Source: Halomicronema hongdechloris C2206 (GTDB taxonomy: Bacteria; Cyanobacteriota; Cyanobacteriia; Phormidesmidales; Phormidesmidaceae). Taken from it: 32,000 bases of DNA. The position numbers and the translations under genes were made by a program. How positions within the stretch are numbered: position 1 is the stretch's first letter; every line of letters starts with the position of its first letter. The notes under the pieces are model-generated. The model did no database searches. It was not told the origin of the DNA and saw only the letters and a program-made list of their open reading frames with translations. Shown here one piece after another: positions 1-7,385 of this stretch. The DNA lies in contig NZ_CP021983.2 in the NCBI RefSeq assembly GCF_002075285.3, positions 3,150,001-3,182,000 on the forward strand, given 5' to 3'.

Positions 1-11
1 GGAGAGCAACT

Positions 12-1433
12 GTGATTGGCTATTTAGACTGTCCCACTGGGATTTCGGGCGACATGTGTTTGGGAGCGTTAGTCGATGCTGGGGTCCCTCTGGAGATGTT
101 GCAAGAGCAACTCCATGGGTTGGGACTCTCCGATGAGTTTGAGTTGCGCTCCCATCTCGTCACCCGCAATGGCCAAGCTGCCACCAGGGTTGAGGTCGAT
201 TTAAACTGCCAAGGACCCCATCGCCACCTGAGAGACATTGAAGAGCTGATCCAGCAGGCCCAGTTGCCACCCCAGGTCCGAGACCGGAGTCTGGCCATTT
301 TTCGGCGCCTGGCCGCGGCGGAAGGGGCGGTCCACGGTATTGCCCTGGAGCAGGTCCATTTCCATGAGGTGGGAGCTACCGATGCCATTGTGGATATTGT
401 TGGCACTTGCTTGGGGCTAGATTGGCTGCAGATTGATGCCCTCTACTGTTCGGCTCTGCCCACGGGGGGCGGCCGGGTGAGGGCGGCCCATGGCTGGTTG
501 CCAGTGCCGGCGCCAGCGGTATTGCAACTGATGCAAATGGCCCAGGTGCCGATTTATAGCAATGGCATTGAGGCCGAATTGGTAACGCCGACGGGATGTG
601 CGATCGCAACGACACTCGCCCAAGGTTTCGGCCCGCCGCCACCGTTGCGGCTACAGCGATTAGGGCTGGGGGCTGGGGGGCGTGATCTGTCGCTGCCGAA
701 TTTGCTGCGGCTGTGGCTGGGGCCGGCTACCCTTGAGCCTTCTCAGCCATCTCCAACAACCACAACTCCCCTATCCCCAGCCGCAACACCCCCTAGCCTA
801 GAAACCATCGCGGTCCTCCAGACTCAGGTAGACGATCTCAGTCCCCAAGCCATTGGCTACCTCTTCGACCAATTACTCCAGGCAGGAGCCCTGGACGTCT
901 TCACCCAGGCCATTGCCATGAAAAAAAATCGCCCTGGGGTCTTGATCACGGTGATCTGCTGGCCAGACCAGATTACCACCTGTGAAACCCTGCTGTTTCA
1001 AGAGACCACGACCCTAGGAATTCGACGGCACTGGCAACACCGCCATGCCTTGCAACGGCAACGAGTACCGGTAGCCACTCCCTATGGCACCGTACATATG
1101 AAACTGGCGTGGGATGGAACCACCGGAACCCATTACACTGCTCAGCCTGAATACGAAGACTGTGCCCAGCTAGCCCAACAGCATCAGCGCCCCTGGCGCG
1201 AGATCCATCGCGTGGCCTTGCACTGCTGGCATAGCCAGCCTGAGGCAGCTACCTACCTTCCCTCTTCCTCGATATCGATATCTCCATCCAGTAGTGAATC
1301 ATCAAATGATTCATCAAATGATTCATCGAAGAGCCGCTCATCCAGCCAAGCAGCTGCCTCGTCTAGGTCCAACTCTTCTTCTGACTCTGATGACTCTACC
1401 GATAGGAGAGATTCATCCAGGGCATCGGTCTGA
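12..1433 (+). CDS. larC: LarC-family (DUF111) nickel-insertion protein with a Ser-rich C-terminal tail
   Basis: The N-terminus MIGYLDCPTGISGDMCLGALVDAGVP matches the LarC/DUF111 signature (DC.sGISGDM.LGAL.DaG). A PEYEDC...REIHRVAL block near the C-terminus is typical of the family. The start is GTG at 12, preceded by GGAGAG. The last ~60 aa are Ser-rich low complexity and lie antisense to the acidic tail of the convergent gene. Confidence 0.85.
   Translation: MIGYLDCPTGISGDMCLGALVDAGVPLEMLQEQLHGLGLSDEFELRSHLVTRNGQAATRVEVDLNCQGPHRHLRDIEELIQQAQLPPQVRDRSLAIFRRLAAAEGAVHGIALEQVHFHEVGATDAIVDIVGTCLGLDWLQIDALYCSALPTGGGRVRAAHGWLPVPAPAVLQLMQMAQVPIYSNGIEAELVTPTGCAIATTLAQGFGPPPPLRLQRLGLGAGGRDLSLPNLLRLWLGPATLEPSQPSPTTTTPLSPAATPPSLETIAVLQTQVDDLSPQAIGYLFDQLLQAGALDVFTQAIAMKKNRPGVLITVICWPDQITTCETLLFQETTTLGIRRHWQHRHALQRQRVPVATPYGTVHMKLAWDGTTGTHYTAQPEYEDCAQLAQQHQRPWREIHRVALHCWHSQPEAATYLPSSSISISPSSSESSNDSSNDSSKSRSSSQAAASSRSNSSSDSDDSTDRRDSSRASV
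600..607. repeat. HIP1 (GCGATCGC) highly iterated palindrome; first of 13 exact copies
   Basis: Exact copies read directly start at 600, 3948, 4903, 5358, 12026, 12875, 13117, 16819, 21111, 23114, 23616, 27347 and 30235. Many share the extended context TGCGATCGCAAC. This density is a hallmark of many cyanobacterial genomes. Confidence 0.9.
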
Positions 1434-2785
1434 TAAAGAAGCCGAGAAAAGATCCGAACTGTCTCCGCATCAGCCCGGCGACTCGGGGCAGCTCCATCCT
1501 CATCCTGATCTGACTGATACCCAACTGTTTGGGCCGCCATCCGTACTAGGTTATACTCCACATTCTCGGCATAGATAGCAAAGGTCACCCGGAAAATTTC
1601 TAGAAAATTGATCACCCACTGGCATTGCTCCTGGGGAAATTGCTCATAATAGCGGATCAGATCGGCAATGCGAGCCTCTAGATAGGGGTGAGAGTTCTTA
1701 GAAATTAAAATTAGTTTTAGCAGCAGCACGACCAACGTCAGCGAGTTACCCTGGGATAGAATCAGAGTGAAGAGTTGAGAAGGATTTTTCTTATCCTCAG
1801 TCATCAAGCTGTCAATGACCCGGTTACAGGTGCGTAGAATCAGCGATCGGTCAACTTCTTCATCGGCATATTCTGGATATAAATCCTCTAGTTTATGGGT
1901 CAACTGGCGCTTGATAGTTTTCGCCGTCCCTTTGCGATTTATGGAATATAGCAGATATTGCAGCAGGCTTTTCTTGAATTGTTGATAGGTGAGCTGCTTA
2001 ACTTGCTCCAAGAACAGATGAGCCAGATTTTTATAACTGAATTGCCCTTGCTTGGCCACAATTCGCTTGATCAAGCGTAGCACTCCATCCCCGAGCACTG
2101 TGGGGTTCTGGGGAGCATTGGAGCTGGGCACGGAAGACTGTGAGTGGGCCGTATACATGGCCAACTCAAACTTAAACTGGTCCTTCAATCGCTGTGACAA
2201 GGCCCGAGCCGCCTCCCGTTGTTCGATGGGATTTTCGGCATTAATATACTGCGGCACCAGCAGATAAGACGTATAGCGAGCAGTCCAGTGCTCGTCCGGA
2301 TTCTTAACGTGGCGATCTGCATTGATGCGAGCTGCAAATAGAGCTAAATCTTGAAAATCTTGACTCTGCTTGAACGCTAGCAGCCAAGTCCGTAAACGCC
2401 TTAGGGTTGGTGATAAGGTCTGTTTTTCTAAGAGTGGATCATCAAATAAGTCGACCAGTTGCTGAATCGCAAAATAGTCACGGGCAACTTCCCAGTTGTT
2501 GACCAGAATATAGCAGCAGCGCTTCAGAGTGTTGCGAAATTCCTCTTCGTTGTTGGCGAAGATGATCGTGTACAGGGCTGGCAGTGTCTCCGAGCTAGCC
2601 GTTTCTGTGTGCTGAATGAATAGATGCTTAAACTCATTGAGGACATCCTCTACCGGCCAACTTTTGACGATGGTGAGTAGAAAGTCAAAGATGATTTGCT
2701 GAGCCTGAGGGATGTCTAACTCAGCCTTTCTGGGATGCTTGGGTATCTGGGATGAATAGTCGCTCGACACGTGTTCTTCAAGCAT
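1253..2785 (-). CDS. hypothetical protein (510 aa) with a strongly acidic C-terminal tail
   Basis: This is a long uninterrupted ORF with protein-like, helix-rich composition. I recognise no family motif. The C-terminal ~70 aa are D/E/S-rich (DESFDESFDDSLLDGDIDIEEEGR). The ORF overlaps the larC-like ORF by 181 bp. Confidence 0.6.
   Translation of the reverse strand: MLEEHVSSDYSSQIPKHPRKAELDIPQAQQIIFDFLLTIVKSWPVEDVLNEFKHLFIQHTETASSETLPALYTIIFANNEEEFRNTLKRCCYILVNNWEVARDYFAIQQLVDLFDDPLLEKQTLSPTLRRLRTWLLAFKQSQDFQDLALFAARINADRHVKNPDEHWTARYTSYLLVPQYINAENPIEQREAARALSQRLKDQFKFELAMYTAHSQSSVPSSNAPQNPTVLGDGVLRLIKRIVAKQGQFSYKNLAHLFLEQVKQLTYQQFKKSLLQYLLYSINRKGTAKTIKRQLTHKLEDLYPEYADEEVDRSLILRTCNRVIDSLMTEDKKNPSQLFTLILSQGNSLTLVVLLLKLILISKNSHPYLEARIADLIRYYEQFPQEQCQWVINFLEIFRVTFAIYAENVEYNLVRMAAQTVGYQSDQDEDGAAPSRRADAETVRIFSRLLYQTDALDESLLSVESSESEEELDLDEAAAWLDERLFDESFDESFDDSLLDGDIDIEEEGR
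1299..1327. repeat. 12-nt tandem repeat (TCATCAAATGAT x2 plus a partial third copy) inside the overlapping gene ends
   Basis: Direct reading shows tcatcaaatgat at 1299-1310 and 1311-1322, then tcatc at 1323-1327. On the minus strand it encodes the DESF-DESF repeat. On the plus strand it encodes SSND-SSND. Confidence 0.8.
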
Positions 2786-3505
2786 ATCAATGGGGGGTGG
2801 GGGCGATGGTCAAATCTGTTATGCCAAGTCCGGCTCGAGGTTTACCGTGGCTGCTACGCTGACCCTCTAGGTCTAGACGAGGTTGGCAGTAACGGCAATG
2901 TGAACCATTACGGCTAACCAACTACCTGCGTCTAAGCAGTCGTATCAATGATATGGCTGAGGTTGAGTAGGCGCCGGACCATCGCTGTTGGAGCTTCGAT
3001 TCTAGTATGTCAAGCTTCACCGATAGAGTCTCCCTGGGGATACAAGACGTTTCAATCGCTGCACTTACTCTAGCTAAGGCGCTGGAGTGGGCCTATTCGC
3101 GCATGTACTGGGGCAACGTTAGATCCAACGGCAAGGTGTCCGTTTCCGGCAATGCCCTAGAGCTTGATGTCCTTGAGCAGGACGATTGGTTACACCCCTC
3201 ACCGCGGTTATCTAGATCATGAAGTAGTCTAGGTAGGTTGGACGCCAATAGGATGCTGAGATTTTATCTAGTTATAGATGATTTCGTCCAGTCGGTCCTC
3301 TCCCCATGGGGAGTCTGCTGATGGGGAGCGCTCGGCTCTAGACACTGCCCTGAATGGGGATCAACTTAAGCTAGGCAAAGAGTCAGACGTCGGCTCGCGA
3401 CTACTGCCCGACGGTTGGCTTTCCCCTTCTCTTTGCTGCAGAACGCTGAGGATAACGCCCACACTGCACGGTCGTGCCACTTGTGAGTTGAGTGCTAGAT
3501 GGTGA

Positions 3506-3852
3506 TGGGGGCGGAGGGACTTGAACCCTCACGACCTTAACGGTCAACGGATTTTCATTCTCCTGCAGTTTTCACTGCTGCCAGTGGCACCAAGTCGTGG
3601 CCACGGTTTTGAGAATTGGACCCTCCCTTTACCCTCGGCTTGACGTTAGGGTAGCTCCCGTCGGGCCTCTGCACCTTCCGATGGCGAGACGACTGTCCAT
3701 CGGCTTGGCTCAGGATTGCCATGTCCAGGAGAATAGGCTGAAATCCTCACTGGAGGTAGGTTTCCCTGAGTTTGAGAGCGTTCACTTGGCAGATTTCTCC
3801 ACCAAGGCTCAGTTGTCTAAGTCCGTAGCGTCTACCATTCCGCCACGCCCCC
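3506..3852 (-). tRNA. trnL: tRNA-Leu(UAA) interrupted by a group I intron
   Basis: The minus-strand 5' exon (3852..3819) is GGGGGCGTGGCGGAATGGTAGACGCTACGGACTT and ends at U34. The 3' exon (3555..3506) is AAAATCCGTTGACCGTTAAGGTCGTGAGGGTTCAAGTCCCTCCGCCCCCA. The acceptor stem pairs GGGGGCG with CGCCCCC. The anticodon stem pairs ACGGA with TCCGT. There is a long variable arm (GACC/GGTC) and a T-arm GAGGG-TTCAAGT-CCCTC. The splice junction gives anticodon U|AA. CCA is not encoded. Confidence 0.93.
3556..3818 (-). ncRNA. group I self-splicing intron (263 nt) in the tRNA-Leu(UAA) anticodon loop
   Basis: The insert lies exactly between U34 and A35, the canonical site of the cyanobacterial/plastid trnL intron. 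It ends in G (..GGAGAATG|AAAATCC). It contains the conserved core stretch ..CAATCCTGAGCCAAGCC..GGTGCAGAG..CGACGGGAGCTACCCTAACGTCAAG.CGAGGGTAAAGGGAG.GTCCAATTCTCAAA... It has no internal ORF. Confidence 0.9.
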
Positions 3853-4058
3853 GTAGGCTTCACAGTGGGTAATTGTTCTCTGCAAAGCACCGTGGATATA
3901 TTGCACCACCAACTGTCGTTCGATGCAATACCTCTGTAGGAAACGTTGCGATCGCAAGTGGGTATCCCTTTAGAATGAGCCATAGGAGTACAGAGCGGCC
4001 GGTGCTGTTACAAATCGCCGCTCGCGTATCCTAGCGAATCATCCCCTAGTGAGGCTCT

Positions 4059-4271
4059 ATGCTAGTTGCTGCTCTTTACTTAGTGTTAGGTGGTACCTAT
4101 TTGTTGGTGGTGCCAGGTCTGTTGTTTCTGTATTTGCGGGCTCGCTGGTATACGGCTGGCTCTGTAGAGCGCTCGTTTCTGTATGCGCTAGTATTTGCCT
4201 TTTTCCCCGGCATGTTGCTGATGAGCCCATTTTTGAATTTTCGGCCCCGTAAGCGCAATCTCGCCAGCTAA
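4059..4271 (+). CDS. ndhL: NAD(P)H-quinone oxidoreductase (NDH-1) subunit L
   Basis: This is a 70-aa two-TM protein. The block [39 protein letters not shown] matches the NdhL pattern (RW...G..ER...Y.LVF.FFPG....PFLN.R). An in-frame stop lies immediately upstream of the ATG. Confidence 0.75.
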   Translation: MLVAALYLVLGGTYLLVVPGLLFLYLRARWYTAGSVERSFLYALVFAFFPGMLLMSPFLNFRPRKRNLAS

Positions 4272-4333
4272 GCGTCCTCCTGTCTTCTAAATAGCAGGAT
4301 ATGCTGACGTTTTTAGCTGGCTAGGCACTCACC

Positions 4334-4669
4334 ATGCGGCGAATCGACGTTCTACTCATCGGGCTAATAGTCTTTCTAGCGGGTGGCTTCCTCTATGGCG
4401 GGTTGCGAGTGGCTGGTTTAGACGCCAGCAATGCCGGCATCTGGAGCCAGGCGGTTCTGATCGCCGGATTACTAGGCTGGGTAGTCACCTATGGGCTGAG
4501 GGCCCTCAATCAAACAATGACATACAACCAGCAGCTCAAAGCGTATGAGGACGCAGTGCTGCAAAAGCGCCTGGAGGAGATGACTCCTGAGCAGTTGGCT
4601 CAGTTGCAGCAGGAGGTGGAAGAGACCCCGGCAGCAGCTGCAGACGCCGATGCCTCTGGGGAAGAGTAA
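4334..4669 (+). CDS. DUF3007-like small membrane protein
   Basis: The N-terminus MRRIDVLLIGL..., two hydrophobic helices, then NQTMTYNQQLKAYEDAVLQKRLEEMTPEQLAQLQ resemble the cyanobacterial/plant DUF3007 family. This call is from memory and was not searched. Confidence 0.6.
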   Translation: MRRIDVLLIGLIVFLAGGFLYGGLRVAGLDASNAGIWSQAVLIAGLLGWVVTYGLRALNQTMTYNQQLKAYEDAVLQKRLEEMTPEQLAQLQQEVEETPAAAADADASGEE

Positions 4670-4868
4670 TCCCTAGGCGAGAGGCGACTGTAGCTCAGGA
4701 TCAGGAAGGATAAAAAGGATAAAACCATGGCTTCCCCAGGAGTTTATGGACGCTGAGACCGTCTTGCTCTAGATTGCTCTATAGATTTGAGTCTAATGAC
4801 CACATCCAGCTAGCATCGCAGCTAGCAGGTTGGCGTCGGGGCCGGTTCTTCACCCGTGAGCAAATACC

Positions 4869-5669
4869 ATGGTTTCTGTGTCCGAGACATTTCGTCAGCT
4901 GCGCGATCGCAACCAATGTGCCCTGATTCCATTCATCACAGCTGGGGATCCGGACCTAGAGACCACTGTGAAAGCCTTGCACATGCTTGACCGCAGTGGT
5001 GCCGATCTGATTGAGCTGGGGGTGCCCTATTCGGATCCCTTGGCGGATGGGCCGGTGATTCAAGCGGCGGCTACCCGGGCGCTGCAGCGGGGAACCACTC
5101 TGGCTCAAGTATTGGCGGTGGTCAAAAAGGTCAGCCCCTCGCTGCAGGCTCCCATCATTCTCTTTACCTATTACAATCCCATCCTGAATTGGGGGATTGA
5201 CCGCTTCTTTGCTGACATTGCGGCGGCAGGCGCCCGGGGTCTGGTGGTTCCAGATATGCCGCTAGAAGAGGTACACCAGCTGCAGGCAGCGGCTGATGCA
5301 GCTGGCATCGAAATCATTCTGCTGGTAGCCCCCACGACCCCTGAGGAGCGACTGCGTGCGATCGCAACCCAGTCCCAGGGATTTATCTATCTGGTCAGTG
5401 TCACCGGGGTTACCGGAGCCCGTACCAATCTGCAACAGCAAGTACAAGCACGACTCCACCAACTTCGTCAGGTTACCCAAAAGCCCATTGGCGTTGGCTT
5501 TGGGGTTTCTCAACCTGAACAGGCCCGCACCCTCAGTCAATGGGGCGCCGATGGCGTCATCATCGGCAGCGCCTTCGTAAAACGACTCAGCGAAGGTGCC
5601 GCCGAGGCAGGAGTACAAGCAATTGGTCAGTTTTGCCAGCAGCTTAAAGCCGCTCTAGCTAATCAATAA
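4869..5669 (+). CDS. trpA: tryptophan synthase alpha subunit
   Basis: The sequence contains [16 protein letters not shown]...[23 protein letters not shown]...FTYYNPI and a C-terminal GFGVS...[10 protein letters not shown] block. The length is typical at 266 aa. Confidence 0.93.
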   Translation: MVSVSETFRQLRDRNQCALIPFITAGDPDLETTVKALHMLDRSGADLIELGVPYSDPLADGPVIQAAATRALQRGTTLAQVLAVVKKVSPSLQAPIILFTYYNPILNWGIDRFFADIAAAGARGLVVPDMPLEEVHQLQAAADAAGIEIILLVAPTTPEERLRAIATQSQGFIYLVSVTGVTGARTNLQQQVQARLHQLRQVTQKPIGVGFGVSQPEQARTLSQWGADGVIIGSAFVKRLSEGAAEAGVQAIGQFCQQLKAALANQ

Positions 5670-6452
5670 ATGACTTGCATAGATGGATAACTAAACAGCC
5701 ATGAGATCAGGGAGTAATAGATATTATTTATGCTGAGTGCCTACTACGTTAAACTTCCGTGCGAGTTACGCAGATAGAGTCATGGCGCTGTAAAGCTGAT
5801 TGGGCAGCTGTTGACAGGATTCCTGTCCTGAGATCGCATGCAAAAATTGATATTTTTGGGTCTGCCCCCTAGTGCATTTTTTTAAAAAAAGCGCTATGAG
5901 AATTCCGCATCATGGGGTAGTATTGAATGCGATCGAACTGACCGCGTCGACAATCAGGTGTGAGGAATAACGCTAATGACTAATCATCAGAATAATCGGT
6001 ACGTGCCCAGCGTCCGCCTAGACAGATTTCTTCGCGTCAATCATTGATCTGTTATCTGGCGCACTAGGGGCCTTCTGCCAACGGTATTGCACAGGCCTAG
6101 CCACAATTTATTCGAGCTAATTCATGAGAGCCTGTTGAGGTTGTCTGAATATAGCTTTTTTATGGGTTTTTCATACTGCCTTAGCTAACGTCCAGTGTCG
6201 TCAGATTCTGGATACTCGCTTGTGTTTGCCTCATTCTTGCATGCATGCAGTAAGTCATCTGCAAATTGTGATTTATAGATAGATATTTCTTCAATCAGTA
6301 GGAGTGTCCCTATCGTACAGGCGTCATGGTTAGCTGTGATATGCCTATCGCATTAAAAAGCGTCACTTGTTAGCTTTCTTTTGAGTAGACAGTCTGACCT
6401 TGGTTGCCACTAGACGATCGTCTCCATGTCACCTTTCTCTCTTGTTAGATAA
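5670..6452. promoter_or_regulatory. 783-bp AT-rich non-coding region upstream of the surface-protein operon (promoter/leader; elements unresolved)
   Basis: No ORF of 60 aa or more occurs on either strand. The region is visibly AT-rich compared with the flanking genes. It contains the palindromes TTTTTTTAAAAAAA (about 5877-5890) and TGCATGCATGCA (about 6238-6249). Confidence 0.5.
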
Positions 6453-7385
6453 GTGTTTAATCGTAAGCGACTATTCCGGTTCGTATGGATATTCGGGTTG
6501 TCACTCCTGGTAACCCTTTTCATGGGACATGTGCTGCAGCCTGTCTCGCCAGTGTCTGCACAAACAGTGATCGAGAATCAAGCCGGCGCCCAATTTGCAG
6601 ACGGCACCGGTAATACTCAAACCACAGAATCGAACGCTACGACACTTCAACAGGGCACTCAGGCAGCCGCTCTCAGAATTGTTAAGACGGCTGACCGCGC
6701 TGCTGCCGAACCAGGAGATGTGGTCGTTTACCAATTGGTTGTCACTAATGAGTCAGCCGTAGCGGCCACGCCAGTCACCATTACAGATCAACTTCCCTTG
6801 GGGTTGCAATTCATTGAAGACTCTGTCCGCGGCACTCCCAGTGATCCGACTTCTGTAAGTGTCTCCGGACGGCAAGTTACGTTTACGTTCCCCACCTTAA
6901 GCGCAGGTGAGAGTTTAACCATTGCCTACGGCGTCCTGTTAACGCCTGACTCCATTCGAGGCTCCGGTCGCAATGTTGCCCAGGCATCGGCTCCAGGCTT
7001 CACGCCAGTGACAGCGACGTTTCAAGTTGCCATTCGCCCGGGCATTCTATCCGACTGCGGCACCATCGTTGGTCGCGTCTTCGTCGATAAAAACTTCGAC
7101 GGGCAGCAACAGTCTGGCGAGCCTGGGGTTCCCAACGCCGTCATCTTTCTAGATGGTGGCAACCGCATCATTACAGATGCAGACGGCTTGTTTTCCTTGG
7201 CCAACGTTGTTTCCGGTAACCGGGTTGGCACCTTGGATCTCACTAGTTTGCCGGGGTATACCCTGGCACCCAACCTCTACCACATCTCTGAGAATAGCCA
7301 ATCCCGTCTGGTGCGACTAGCTCCAGGGGGACTGGCCCGCATGAACTTCGCTGTCACACCGACCTTTGGGGAGGGTCAGCCCTAA
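6453..7385 (+). CDS. secreted DUF11-domain + SdrD-B-like (CnaB-type fold) protein
   Basis: A signal peptide is present (MFNRKRLFRFVWIFGLSLLVTLF...VSA|QT). A DUF11-type module reads LRIVKTADRAAAEPGDVVVYQLVVTNES...TITDQLPLGLQF. An SdrD-B-like block reads GRVFVDKNFDGQQQSGEPGVPNAVIFLDGGNRIITDADGLFSLANV. The start is GTG. The stop TAA overlaps the next gene's ATG (TAATG). Confidence 0.8.
   Translation: MFNRKRLFRFVWIFGLSLLVTLFMGHVLQPVSPVSAQTVIENQAGAQFADGTGNTQTTESNATTLQQGTQAAALRIVKTADRAAAEPGDVVVYQLVVTNESAVAATPVTITDQLPLGLQFIEDSVRGTPSDPTSVSVSGRQVTFTFPTLSAGESLTIAYGVLLTPDSIRGSGRNVAQASAPGFTPVTATFQVAIRPGILSDCGTIVGRVFVDKNFDGQQQSGEPGVPNAVIFLDGGNRIITDADGLFSLANVVSGNRVGTLDLTSLPGYTLAPNLYHISENSQSRLVRLAPGGLARMNFAVTPTFGEGQP

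Noticed and set aside
3501-3560. Possible tmRNA (ssrA) 3' end suggested by the TGGTGA...GGGGGCGGAGGGACTTGAACCCTC pattern
   Set aside because: The T-arm and acceptor belong to a complete type-II tRNA-Leu whose 5' half sits at 3819-3852. There is no tag-peptide reading frame or tmRNA pseudoknot region, and the TCACCA after the discriminator is just flanking sequence.
3597-3983. Six-frame ORFs 3597..3872 (+, 91 aa) and 3747..3983 (-, 78 aa)
   Set aside because: Both lie across the tRNA-Leu(UAA) 5' exon and its group I intron. The RNA gene explains the sequence fully, and the translations have no protein-like features.
4049-4252. ORF 4049..4252 (+, 67 aa) overlapping ndhL in another frame
   Set aside because: The frame starting at 4059 reproduces the NdhL motif pattern. 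The alternative frame is Cys/Val/Ser-rich with no recognisable similarity.
5976-6047. 23-codon mini-ORF with a GAGGAA upstream element in the AT-rich leader
   Set aside because: It is too short, and I cannot check its conservation, so I do not call it a gene. It is kept only as a note within the leader-region finding.
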